From NCBI GenBank assembly GCA_039810045.1, contig JBDHWF010000002.1, positions 2,610 through 66,609 of the forward strand: a stretch of DNA of 64,000 nt. The letters are read 5' to 3'. Shown here piece after piece: positions 36,659-46,065 of the stretch (positions are counted from its first letter, which is position 1; every line of letters begins with the position of its first letter). A program made the position numbers and the translations under genes. The stretch is from Chloroflexia bacterium. GTDB taxonomy: Bacteria; Chloroflexota; Chloroflexia; Thermomicrobiales; CADCWN01. The notes beneath the pieces were generated by a model. That model was not told the DNA's origin. It was given only the letters and a program-made list of their open reading frames with translations, and did no database searches.

Positions 36659-38668
36659 TTACTTCTTGACCCAGTTCGCGATATTCCAGGTTTCGCAGTC
36701 CCAGGCAGTCAGCGGCCCGATCTCCATATTCTTCGCTTTCGCCGAAACAGATTGGCGATAGACCAGGGGGATCTGGGCGTAGTCCTGCACCATAATGTCG
36801 TTGGCCTTGATGAACAGTTGGGCCCGTTTCGTGGGATCGAGTTCCTTCTCCAACTGATCGATCACCGCATCGTAGTCCTTATTCGACCAACGGCCATAGT
36901 TACCAAAGGCCCACTGGTTGGCCTTCTGGGCGATCTTCGCCGTTGTCAGGTCTTCCATGTAGGCAAACGGTTCGGGGGTGGAGTTGCCATTGGTAAACAT
37001 CTCGACATCGACATACATCTTCGCGGCGGTGTCTGTGTTCCCCAAGTCGGAGGCAAAGAAGACACTGGCATCGGACGATTTCAGTTCGGTCTTGATCCCG
37101 ATCTTCTCCCAGGCATCTTTGACGATCTGCTGGGTCTTCTGGCGTACCGTGTTCACCGTGGTGTAGTAGACCAGGCTCAGTTGCACGCCATTCTTGGCGC
37201 GATACTGGCCGCTCTTGGCCCAGCCAGCAGCATCCAACACCTGATTGGCTTTATCCAGGTTGAATTCTGACTTGTTGTTGGGGGAATTGAAGTTGGCTGG
37301 GTTGTAGAGGATATTGTCGGCAATCGCCCCACCCTGGCCGTAGCCAACATCCACAATCGTCTTCTTGTCGCAGGCGAGGGCCATGGCCTGTCGCACGGCT
37401 TTGTCGGTTAGGAATGGGTGCGGTGTGTTCTTCTCCGACCGTTCGCCGTTCACTTCCTTGTTCGGATCGCTGAAGTTGATCACCAACCGCTCGCAGTTGG
37501 GGCTGGTGATTGTGAAGACCGCGCCTTTGCTGCTCGTCTGTTGCATCTGGTTCAGGATGGCCGCCTCGACCTGCAAATTCCAACCGTAGTCGTAATCGCC
37601 AGTCTGGATGACGGCGCGGGCGGCAGACGGGGCATCGCCACCACCCTTCCACTCGATTTTGTCGAAGAAGGGGGCATTGGCGTCGCGGAAGTTGGGGTTC
37701 AATTCATAGGTAACGGAGTCACCGGGCTTGAAGCCGCCCTGCACCACCCGGTAAGGGCCAGTGCCCACTGGCTGCAAGTTCCCGGCGAAGTTCTTGGCCG
37801 CTTCGCCTTTGCCATCCTTGAAGATATGCTCGGGTAAGATCGTGCCGCGATAGCCGCCAACGAATGGGATGTACCAGCCAGCTTGTGGCTCCTTGAAGGT
37901 GATCTTGACGGAGGTATCGCTGAGCGCCTCAATTTTATCGATGGACTTATAGTCGCCAGTGGTCGTTGCGCCAGTCTTTTCGTCAATGATGTAGTTATAA
38001 GTGAAGACAACATCTTTGGCGGTAAAGGGCTGCCCGTCGCTCCACTTCACGCCCGACTTCAGCTTCCAGGTGACAGACTTCTGATCAGCCGCGAGGCCGC
38101 CATTCGCCACTGAAGGAATCTCGGCAGCGAGCAGGGGAATAAACTTGCCATCGCCATCGATCGTGGCGAGTGGCTCGTAAACTGGCCGTGAAGCATCCTG
38201 GTCTTTGGTTCCCTGTGCGAGGTGGGTGTTCAATACTGTGGGTGCCTGCCAGTAGAGCATCTTCAGGGTGCCACCGCCACCGCGCTTGCCCGGTGAGGCG
38301 GGCGGTGCAGCAACAGGAACACCACTGCCACCGGCTGCGGGGGTGCCGCCTGGCGTGGCCCCAGCGCGTGTGGCACTGGCTGCGGCGCTCGGGGCAGTGC
38401 TTGCCGTGGCGCGGGCTGATGCCGCAGCAGAAGGGGCGGTTGAACCGCTAGCGGCTGCTGACGCGCTTGGTGCCGTTGAACCAGCGGCTGTTGAAGGAGC
38501 GGTCGAAGCGCCAGGAGTGGGGGCCGCGGTACCGCAGGCAGCCAGTAGCGCGCCAATGGCCGAGGCTGAAATGCCTAAGGCTGCTGCGCGCCGAATGAAA
38601 TCGCGCCGATTGAGTTTGCCAGCGGTAAGATCACGGGTCAGTTGTTGCAATGGATCGCGCTCAGTCAT
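36659..38668 (-). CDS. family-5 solute-binding lipoprotein, Tat signal (paralog 3)
   Basis: NRRDFIRRAAALG...LLAACGT signal, linker, then SBP-5 blocks. ATG 38668 is preceded by GGAGG. The ORF track start is 38782. Confidence 0.85.
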   Translation of the reverse strand: MTERDPLQQLTRDLTAGKLNRRDFIRRAAALGISASAIGALLAACGTAAPTPGASTAPSTAAGSTAPSASAAASGSTAPSAAASARATASTAPSAAASATRAGATPGGTPAAGGSGVPVAAPPASPGKRGGGGTLKMLYWQAPTVLNTHLAQGTKDQDASRPVYEPLATIDGDGKFIPLLAAEIPSVANGGLAADQKSVTWKLKSGVKWSDGQPFTAKDVVFTYNYIIDEKTGATTTGDYKSIDKIEALSDTSVKITFKEPQAGWYIPFVGGYRGTILPEHIFKDGKGEAAKNFAGNLQPVGTGPYRVVQGGFKPGDSVTYELNPNFRDANAPFFDKIEWKGGGDAPSAARAVIQTGDYDYGWNLQVEAAILNQMQQTSSKGAVFTITSPNCERLVINFSDPNKEVNGERSEKNTPHPFLTDKAVRQAMALACDKKTIVDVGYGQGGAIADNILYNPANFNSPNNKSEFNLDKANQVLDAAGWAKSGQYRAKNGVQLSLVYYTTVNTVRQKTQQIVKDAWEKIGIKTELKSSDASVFFASDLGNTDTAAKMYVDVEMFTNGNSTPEPFAYMEDLTTAKIAQKANQWAFGNYGRWSNKDYDAVIDQLEKELDPTKRAQLFIKANDIMVQDYAQIPLVYRQSVSAKAKNMEIGPLTAWDCETWNIANWVKK

Positions 38669-38910
38669 GTTACCTCCACTTACCAACACCGAGGCAAGCA
38701 CCTGCCCCGTTGACGCACATTGCGTCAGTCGTTCACGCGATGAACGCTGAAGAGTAGCGAAATGTTCCGTTTTTGGCAACACCAGTATATATTAGTGATC
38801 AGGGGAATGTGTGGGAGGGCAGCAGAGGCGAATTTCCGTCTTATGAACAAATCTATATTATCGCTGTTTAGTATAGATATCTTCATAGGACGATGATAGC
38901 GAGGATATAG

Positions 38911-38943
38911 ACGATAGGCTGACGCTCTACGTCAGCCTATCGT
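38911..38943 (-). terminator. terminator-like hairpin after SBP paralog 4
   Basis: Perfect 14-bp stem acgataggctgacg / cgtcagcctatcgt with loop ctcta, lying about 50 nt beyond the stop at 38994. No strong U-tract. Confidence 0.5.
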
Positions 38944-38993
38944 CTTTACTATGACTGAGAGGAATACCGATAGGAGGTCTTAGAACGGTAACG

Positions 38994-40970
38994 CTACCCT
39001 TTCGTCCAGTTCCCCACATTCCACAGCTCAGAATCCCACGGGGTGTAGTCGCCCACTTTTAGGCCCTTGATCATGCCAGAGACGTTCTTTCGGGCCACTA
39101 ACGGGATCTCGGCGAAGTCATTGACCTCAATATCGTTCGCCTTGATGAACAGTTCAATGCGCTTAGCGGGGTCGAGTTCGGTCTTCAATTGTTCGATCAC
39201 CGCATCGTAGTCTTTGTTTGACCAGCGCATATAGTTGTTTCCAGCCCACTGGTTGCTTTTCTGGGCGATCTGGGCGGTGGTCAATCCTTCCATGTAGCTG
39301 AATGGATCGGGCGAGACATTCCCGTTGGTGTACATCTCAATGTCGTTGTAGAGCAGGGCGGCGGAATCGGCGTTGCCACCAGAGCCAGGGGCGAAGAAGA
39401 CCGCTGCATCAACCGACTTCAACTCAACCTGCACCCCGATCTTCTCCAAGCCGTCTTTGATCACTTGCTGGGTCTTCTGGCGCACTGCGTTGACTGTGGT
39501 GGAGTAGGTGATCTTCATCGGTACGCCACCTTTGGCGCGATATTGCCCACTCTTGGCCCAGCCTGCGGCGTCGAGCAGTGCGTTCGCTTTGGCGAGGTCA
39601 AACTCTGATTTGGTGTTTGGTGAATTGTATTGCGGTGGATTGAACAGCAGGTTATTGCCAATTGCTCCGGCTTTTCCGTAGATCGTATCGACAATCGCCT
39701 TCTTGTCGCAGGCGAGCGCGTAGGCATTCCGTACATTCTTATCGGCCTGGAACGGATGTGGTGTGTTCTTCTCCGAGCGTTCGCCATTCACTTCCTTATT
39801 AGGGTCGCTAAAGTTGACCAGAATCCGCTCGGTACTTGAGCCAGGGTTGGCCGCAACAACGCCCTTACCGCCTGATTCCAACTGTGTCAGCACAGCAGCG
39901 TCAACTTGTAGATTCCAGGCGTAATCATAGTCGCCAGTTTGCAAGACGGCGCGGGCCGCCGAAGGCGCATCGCCCCCACCTTTCAGTTGCAGGGTATCGA
40001 AGAAGGGGGCGTTGGCGTTGCGGTAGTTCTCATTGATGGCGTATTGCACATTATCACCAGGGGCGAAGGATGCTACTTTATAGGCCCCGGTGCCCACTGG
40101 CTTCAGGTTGGCGGGGAAGTTCTTGGCCGCCTCGCCAAGCCCATCTTTGAAAATATGCTCTGGCAGAATCATACCGTTTTGGTTGACGAATGGCAGGAAC
40201 CAGGCTGGTTCTGGGGCCTTGAAGGTGATCTTGACAGTCGTATCATCGACCGCCTCTACTTTGTCGATGGTTTTGTAGCTACCAATCGTGGTGGCGGCGC
40301 TGGCGGGATTCATAATATAGGTGTAGGTGAAGGCGACATCTTTGGCGGTGAACGGCTGCCCATCGCTCCACTTCACGCCTGAGCGCAGTTTCCAGGTCAC
40401 GCTCTTGCCATCGGCAGCGAGGCCATTGTTCTCTTTGGTTGGGATATCGGCGGCGAGTAACGGTACAAACTTGCCGTCGCCGCCAATCGTTGCCAGTGGC
40501 TCGTAGACCACGCGAGAGGCATCGGTATCTTTTTGGCCCTGTACGAGATGTGGGTTCAGGACTACGGGGGCTTGCCACCAGAGTACTTTCAGGGCGCCAC
40601 CACCACCGCGCTTCGTTGGGCCGCCTGCGGCGGGGGCGGTACTACCGCTGGCGCTGGGGGCAGCGCTACTGGCTGGAGTCGCGGCACTGCTCGTGCGCGT
40701 GGCTGGGGCTGCACTCGCGGCGGCGCTCGGTGCTGCACTCGCCGCTGTACTTGCCGCGGCGCTGGCAGCGGCTTTCGTGGCTGTTGGGGCGGCAGAGGCG
40801 GCTGGGGCGGCTGTTGGTGCTGGGGTTTCAGTGCCGCAGGCAGCCAGCAGCGCCCCAATCGTCGAGGCTGAGAGGCCCAGGATCGTTGCTCGCCGGATAA
40901 ACGTGCGTCGATTGATTTGCCCAGCAACTAGATCGCTGGTTAGCCCCTGGATAGGATCGTTCATCTTCAT
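38994..40970 (-). CDS. family-5 solute-binding lipoprotein, Tat signal (paralog 4)
   Basis: NRRTFIRRATILG...LLAACGT signal and linker. The mature domain is about 70 percent identical by eye to paralog 3 (YEPLATIGGDGKFVPLLAADIP vs YEPLATIDGDGKFIPLLAAEIP). ATG 40970 or 40976 follows GAGGAG. Confidence 0.85.
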   Translation of the reverse strand: MKMNDPIQGLTSDLVAGQINRRTFIRRATILGLSASTIGALLAACGTETPAPTAAPAASAAPTATKAAASAAASTAASAAPSAAASAAPATRTSSAATPASSAAPSASGSTAPAAGGPTKRGGGGALKVLWWQAPVVLNPHLVQGQKDTDASRVVYEPLATIGGDGKFVPLLAADIPTKENNGLAADGKSVTWKLRSGVKWSDGQPFTAKDVAFTYTYIMNPASAATTIGSYKTIDKVEAVDDTTVKITFKAPEPAWFLPFVNQNGMILPEHIFKDGLGEAAKNFPANLKPVGTGAYKVASFAPGDNVQYAINENYRNANAPFFDTLQLKGGGDAPSAARAVLQTGDYDYAWNLQVDAAVLTQLESGGKGVVAANPGSSTERILVNFSDPNKEVNGERSEKNTPHPFQADKNVRNAYALACDKKAIVDTIYGKAGAIGNNLLFNPPQYNSPNTKSEFDLAKANALLDAAGWAKSGQYRAKGGVPMKITYSTTVNAVRQKTQQVIKDGLEKIGVQVELKSVDAAVFFAPGSGGNADSAALLYNDIEMYTNGNVSPDPFSYMEGLTTAQIAQKSNQWAGNNYMRWSNKDYDAVIEQLKTELDPAKRIELFIKANDIEVNDFAEIPLVARKNVSGMIKGLKVGDYTPWDSELWNVGNWTKG

Positions 40971-41376
40971 CGCCATCTCCTCGTGTTGTCGTTGTCGTTC
41001 GCCAAAGGAAAAAGCCCACACGTAGACTGATCGTCAGAGTACGCTGACAATTGCACCAACGATTTGAACGACATTGTTCGACTGCTGCGGTGTACCCACG
41101 CCAGTCAACAGCGACTGTTACGCCTGTTACAAGAACAACGAACTGTCTTCAACGACATTGTGTTATGGACAGATGCAGTATAGAAGCAAAGGCGGTGTTC
41201 GTCAATCGGGCGGTCAGTCGTGATGTTTTATTGGTTGGAATAGGGAATTTCTGGCTTGGCTGTCGGCGTGGTGCTAACTGCTTCCGGCGGCCTTGCCTGG
41301 GAAGTTGGCGCAAGAGCATGGATAATAAGAAGACGATTCTGGCGATAGTCGCCGCATTGCACAAAAGGTGTAGAAG

Positions 41377-42396
41377 ATGAAGGGGATTCGCGCACAACTG
41401 CAACGGCTGACGATCTGGCTCGCTATTGCTGCCGCTGTTGGGATGTTTTTGGTGCTGGTGATGGGGGCGACCGTCAGTGCAACTGGCTCTGGCGAAGGCT
41501 GTGGAAATTCCTGGCCACTCTGCAATGGGCGCTTCGTGCCAGAGTTCGCCGTGGAGACGGCGATCGAGTATAGCCATCGGCTAGTCACCGGGGTTGAGGG
41601 CTTCCTGATCTTGGGTGCCGCGATCGGCGCCCTGGCCTTCTGGCGGCGGCGGTTAGAAATTCGCGTTCTCGTGCCGCTGATGATCATCTTCTTGCTGTTG
41701 CAGGCGATGCTGGGGGCACTGACTGTGCTGAACCCCGACTGGTGGGCCAGGGGTGGTATCCTGGCGTTGCATTTTGGGATTTCGCTCGTTGCCTTTGCCA
41801 GCACGCTGCTGACCGCGATTCTCCTGCTGGGAATAGCGCGGGGCTTTGATCAATTGCGTGATCGTGTTGTACCATCAGGCGTTCGGTTGGCTGCCTGGGC
41901 AGTCGCGATCTATACCTATCTGGTCGTCTATATCGGGGCGTATGTGCGGCACACTGATTCCAGTCTGGCCTGTCTCGATTGGCCGCTTTGCAATGGCTCG
42001 GTCTTTCCAGGCTTTGCGGGGCCAGTGGGAATCGTCTTTACTCATCGCCTTTCCGCCCTCTTGCTGACATTGGGGGCTGGCGGGCTGGCGTTGTGGTGCT
42101 GGCGGGCGCGGGCAGCCCGGCCAGACCTGGCCTGGGCGGGTGGGATCGCCCTGGTCATGTTGCTGGCGCAGGCTGCCAGTGGCGCGGCGGTCGTCTTTTC
42201 GCGGATGAATCTCTTTAGCTCGCTGGCGCATAGCGCCGTTGTCACCCTCTATTTTGGGGCATTGGCCTATATCTGCCTCGGCACCTTGCCCCGCCCACGC
42301 GCCGTTCGTGGCGCAGCCACCGACCACGCCAGCGCTCCCGTCGCCGAGCGGGAGTACCCGCCGCAGTCGATCGGTGCGCCGGTTCGTGAATCGTAA
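41377..42396 (+). CDS. ctaA: heme A synthase (COX15/CtaA)
   Basis: Polytopic membrane protein with paired Cys motifs (GEGCGNSWPLCNG and ACLDWPLCNG) and conserved His in EYSHR and FTHR. Confidence 0.85.
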   Translation: MKGIRAQLQRLTIWLAIAAAVGMFLVLVMGATVSATGSGEGCGNSWPLCNGRFVPEFAVETAIEYSHRLVTGVEGFLILGAAIGALAFWRRRLEIRVLVPLMIIFLLLQAMLGALTVLNPDWWARGGILALHFGISLVAFASTLLTAILLLGIARGFDQLRDRVVPSGVRLAAWAVAIYTYLVVYIGAYVRHTDSSLACLDWPLCNGSVFPGFAGPVGIVFTHRLSALLLTLGAGGLALWCWRARAARPDLAWAGGIALVMLLAQAASGAAVVFSRMNLFSSLAHSAVVTLYFGALAYICLGTLPRPRAVRGAATDHASAPVAEREYPPQSIGAPVRES

Positions 42397-42440
42397 GTGG
42401 TAGTGGCTCACCACGGTACCTGAGTAGGGGGGCAGTATTT

Positions 42441-43007
42441 GTGCGCGGTTGTTTTCGCGTTGTAGGGGTTCTTACATTGCTGGTGATTCTGGCCTGCGGG
42501 GCGGCCTTTTGGTTCCTGACACGCCAGCCAGCTGCGACACGGCAACTCACACCAGTGGTGGTCAGTAGTGCCGCTGTCGTGAGCTTCGACCAGAAGATCG
42601 CGACAGTGCAGGCGGCCAAAGGGCCAGTCACCGTTGAGGTGACCCAAGACGAAGCGACCTCGAAGCTCGTGGCCGCCCTGAAAAATGAATCAGACCCCAC
42701 GATCTCCCAAATTGAAGATCCGCAACTCCGCTTTCAACGCGACCGCTTTATTGCTAGCGGGGTGGTGCATAGTGGCCCTATCCCGGTGACCGTTGCTGTC
42801 ACGGGGAAGGTCACGGTGGTCAATGGGAAGCTCGTTGCAACCGTGGAGGAGATTGATACGGGGCAGGTGCCATTGCCCGCTCCGCTGCGCCAGCGTATTA
42901 TCGATCTGGTCAGTGATACCGATAATCTCACCACTGACCTCCCAGACAATATCACTGATGTGCAGATCCAGGAAGGGAAACTGATCGTTACGGGGGTACC
43001 ACGGTAA
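42441..43007 (+). CDS. hypothetical TM-anchored protein
   Basis: 188 aa with an N-terminal TM helix (VVGVLTLLVILACGAAFWFL) and a beta-rich ectodomain. No motif recognised. It lies 44 nt after ctaA on the same strand. Confidence 0.5.
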   Translation: MRGCFRVVGVLTLLVILACGAAFWFLTRQPAATRQLTPVVVSSAAVVSFDQKIATVQAAKGPVTVEVTQDEATSKLVAALKNESDPTISQIEDPQLRFQRDRFIASGVVHSGPIPVTVAVTGKVTVVNGKLVATVEEIDTGQVPLPAPLRQRIIDLVSDTDNLTTDLPDNITDVQIQEGKLIVTGVPR

Positions 43008-43026
43008 TTGCTACCACCAGGGGGCA

Positions 43027-43413
43027 GTGATGCGTGAACCAATCGCCGGAGCTGGCCTGCAGCTGGCCTACTGTATTACCTATGTCGCTGACCTGACGGT
43101 GATGACGCAGTTTTATCAGCAGGTGTTGGGGTTGCCGATCAGCGAGCAAAACGAGCGATTTGTCGCCTTTGGTGGGGCTGGCGCACCGCTGGCCCTCGAA
43201 CTGGGCGGGCCGCCTGCCAGTGGCCCACGGCACAAAGAGCAACACCCCACGTTACTCCAATTTGCTGTGCCTAGTATTGAGCAGGCGCTGGCGACCCTCG
43301 CCGAGCATGGCCTGACGATTGAAGGCGAAGTACGGCGTGGCAGCTTTGGGTCGCTGGCATTTTTCCGTGATCCTGAGGGGAATCGCCTCGCCTTCCTGGA
43401 ACCACTTGCATAA
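43027..43413 (+). CDS. VOC/glyoxalase family protein
   Basis: 128 aa. FYQQVLGLP...FRDPEGNRLAF is a typical VOC signature. Confidence 0.7.
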   Translation: MMREPIAGAGLQLAYCITYVADLTVMTQFYQQVLGLPISEQNERFVAFGGAGAPLALELGGPPASGPRHKEQHPTLLQFAVPSIEQALATLAEHGLTIEGEVRRGSFGSLAFFRDPEGNRLAFLEPLA

Positions 43414-43437
43414 GCCGACAACGAACGCTGTGGCTTC

Positions 43438-43962
43438 CTACTCTGCTGCCGCGTGCTGCAAGGCCGCGATCTGCGTGGCAAGGGCTGTGCAGTTCGCGTT
43501 CAGGGCGGCCTGGGTTTGTTGTAGGCGGGCGGTGGCGGCGATCAGTTCGCCTGTGGTCAGGGCACGGTGTTGCTCCACGACCATGGTGTCGGCGTCATCA
43601 GCAGGGTAGGGCGGGGCGCAGATATAGAGCACCCGCACCAGGTCGGGGCCAGGATTGCGGTACGAGAGCGTTGTCATTGGTGGTGTTGAAATGGTGTCGC
43701 CAGGGCCACAGGCATATTCGACTGTGGCCCCGGTGGCGGGGTCACCCATCGTCACCAGCAGTTGCCCCGCCAGGACATACGTTACCTGTTCCAGGCTACA
43801 GTGGGTATGCACGCCAAATTCACCAACTGGCAAGCGTCCTTCCGCTACACTGAGTCCCAGAATGCCAGGCAGCGGAATTGGATGAACGACGATACCATCA
43901 GGGGCAGTAACGTAAAATTCGTCGGTGGCGTAGGTTGGTTGAGCCGCCTGATTGCGATCCAT
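43438..43962 (-). CDS. cupin-domain protein with C-terminal coiled-coil-like tail
   Basis: Cupin motifs (GVHTHCSLEQVTYVLAGQL ... GDTISTPP) followed by an Ala/Gln/Leu-rich tail. Confidence 0.6.
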   Translation of the reverse strand: MDRNQAAQPTYATDEFYVTAPDGIVVHPIPLPGILGLSVAEGRLPVGEFGVHTHCSLEQVTYVLAGQLLVTMGDPATGATVEYACGPGDTISTPPMTTLSYRNPGPDLVRVLYICAPPYPADDADTMVVEQHRALTTGELIAATARLQQTQAALNANCTALATQIAALQHAAAE

Positions 43963-43984
43963 GATGCTCCTCGTTAGTCGTTGG

Positions 43985-45739
43985 TCAGGCTATCGTGGCG
44001 ATCTGCTGGCCGATAGTTACGGTGGCCCCTGTCGTCACCAGAATCTCGCTGACTGTGCCATCTTGCGGGGCGATAATCTCGTTCTCCATCTTCATCGCTT
44101 CAACCACGCAGAGTAGGTCGCCCGCCGCAACGGTAGCCCCTTGCTCAACGGCTACGCGCAACACGGTACCCTGAATCGGACTGACAACGGTGCCGTTACT
44201 CGCGCCCCCACGTTTGCTGCGGCCAGTGGCACGCGGGCGGGCAGGAGCCGCGCCGTTGGTGGCGGGCGGTTGTGGTTCGTGAGGATCGGCAAAGAGGCGC
44301 ACCGCGAATCGTTTGCCATTCACTTCCAGGGTATACTCATGGGCCGTGGTCGCTGGTTGCTCGGCAGCGGGCGGCAGCGTGGTCGCCGCCAGATCGCGGC
44401 CAATCCCATCGCGCTCGATCCAGTCGGTCGAGGCATCGCCCGCACTAAAGATCGGGTGGGCCAGTACCGTTTGGTGGAAGGCAATCGTTGAGGCAACCCC
44501 TTCGATCACGTACTCACCAAGCGCACGCTGGAGGCGCACAATGGCTTCGCCCCGGTCAGTGCCGCGTACAATCAGCTTGGCGATCATCGAATCGTAGTGC
44601 GGTGAAATGACGAAACCCTGCTCGGCTGCCCCATCGATGCGCACCCCTGGCCCCCCCGGCTCTTTGTAGGTGGTGATCGTCCCTGGGGTAGGACTGAATC
44701 CCCTGGCGGGGTCTTCGGCGTTGATGCGGCACTCAATCGCGTGGCCCCGCAAGACGATATCGGCCTGTTGCCAGGGGAGCGTTTCGCCAGCGGCGATCCG
44801 CAGCTGCGCCTTGACCAGATCGATCCCCGTGACTTCCTCAGTCACTGTATGCTCAACCTGAATCCGGGTATTCATTTCCATGAAGTAGAAGTCGTTGTTG
44901 GTGTCAAGCAGGAATTCAAGCGTGCCAGCACCCTGGTAATCAACTGCCCGCGCTAACGCGACTGCTGCCTCGCCCATTCTGGCACGTAGGGCGTCGTCAA
45001 CAGCCGGGGAGGGGGCTTCTTCAATCAGTTTCTGGTGTCGTCGCTGGACCGAACATTCGCGCTCCCCGAGATGTATCACATTGCCGTGCTGGTCGGCCAG
45101 CACCTGAATCTCGACGTGTTTGGGGGCTTCGATATATTTCTCCGCGTAGAGAATTGGGTTGTTGAAGAACCGCTGACCCTCGCCAGCGGCAGCGGCGAAG
45201 GCCTCTGGTACGTCAGCAGCGGTGTGGGCAACGCGGAAGCCCCGGCCTCCCCCACCTCCCGCCGCCTTCAGGGCCAGGGGAAAGCCCCAAGTTGCGCCGA
45301 TGTTGGCGGCTGCTTCGGCGTCTGGCACCGCCTGATTCGTTCCTGGTACGAGTGGCACGCCCGCTTTTTCCGCCAGGGCGCGGGCGGCGATCTTGTCGCC
45401 CATCGCGCTGATCGCCGCTGGTGGTGGCCCAACCCAGATCAAGCCTGCATCAAGGACAGCCTGCGCAAAGGCGGCATTCTCGGCCAGAAAGCCGTAGCCA
45501 GGGTGGACTGCCTCTGCGCCCGCTTGCTGGGCAATGGCGACGATCCCTGGCCCATTCAGGTATGGGCGGGTCGCTGTGCCTGCCTCAACGAGATAGGCGG
45601 CGTCGGCATAGCGCGTGTGGGGGGCGTCCTGCTCATCGGCCCCGTAGATCGCAATAGTGCTGATCCCGAGTTCGCGGCAGGCCCGCATCACCCGAATAGC
45701 GATCTCTCCGCGATTGGCAACCAGCAGCGTCCGAAACAT
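43985..45739 (-). CDS. acyl-CoA (propionyl/acetyl-CoA) carboxylase alpha subunit: biotin carboxylase fused to a biotinyl carrier domain
   Basis: MFRTLLVANRGEIAIRVMRACRELGI, GGGGRGFRV and the C-terminal biotinylation motif EAMKMEN. Confidence 0.9.
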   Translation of the reverse strand: MFRTLLVANRGEIAIRVMRACRELGISTIAIYGADEQDAPHTRYADAAYLVEAGTATRPYLNGPGIVAIAQQAGAEAVHPGYGFLAENAAFAQAVLDAGLIWVGPPPAAISAMGDKIAARALAEKAGVPLVPGTNQAVPDAEAAANIGATWGFPLALKAAGGGGGRGFRVAHTAADVPEAFAAAAGEGQRFFNNPILYAEKYIEAPKHVEIQVLADQHGNVIHLGERECSVQRRHQKLIEEAPSPAVDDALRARMGEAAVALARAVDYQGAGTLEFLLDTNNDFYFMEMNTRIQVEHTVTEEVTGIDLVKAQLRIAAGETLPWQQADIVLRGHAIECRINAEDPARGFSPTPGTITTYKEPGGPGVRIDGAAEQGFVISPHYDSMIAKLIVRGTDRGEAIVRLQRALGEYVIEGVASTIAFHQTVLAHPIFSAGDASTDWIERDGIGRDLAATTLPPAAEQPATTAHEYTLEVNGKRFAVRLFADPHEPQPPATNGAAPARPRATGRSKRGGASNGTVVSPIQGTVLRVAVEQGATVAAGDLLCVVEAMKMENEIIAPQDGTVSEILVTTGATVTIGQQIATIA

Positions 45740-45757
45740 GGGGCTCCTTGGGGTGAC

Positions 45758-45991
45758 TTAGCGTGCAGTTGGCACGGCTTCATTTGGCCCAGGCAACAGG
45801 TGATCCCGTTTGTGTGCGTAACGCTGATGGCTGGCGATTCGCCCGGCCATTGCCCAGCGCGGAGTCCTTGGCAGCGGGGGAAGTGCTTCCTGCTGCATAG
45901 CGCGACGATGAGTGTACAGCACAGCAGCTATCGCTGCTGCTTCGGCGGCGGTTGGCGTTGGGGTCATTTGGATTGCCGGCTGCGCTTGCAT
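45758..45991 (-). CDS. small ORF between carboxylase subunits, possible acyl-CoA carboxylase epsilon-like subunit
   Basis: 77 aa, trimmed from ORF 45758..46123 to avoid overlapping pccB. It has an Ala-rich segment (TAAEAAAIAAVLY). The call rests on position and composition only. Confidence 0.3.
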   Translation of the reverse strand: MQAQPAIQMTPTPTAAEAAAIAAVLYTHRRAMQQEALPPLPRTPRWAMAGRIASHQRYAHKRDHLLPGPNEAVPTAR

Positions 45992-46065
45992 CTGAACCTT
46001 TCCGTCAATGTATGCTACCAGTGTCGGGCAGCATAGCTGTTCTTTCCCGCCCGTACGTGCTTGCG

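Noticed and set aside
41051-41380. 109-aa ORF in the SBP4/ctaA intergenic region
   Set aside because: It is Cys/Arg-rich with no SD, and it runs into the ctaA start. The region is better explained as divergent promoters containing the repeated 11-mer.
45035-46036. 333-aa ORF antisense to the biotin carboxylase gene
   Set aside because: The opposite strand encodes an unmistakable biotin carboxylase/BCCP. This frame has a skewed Gly/Arg/Trp composition and no recognisable domain.
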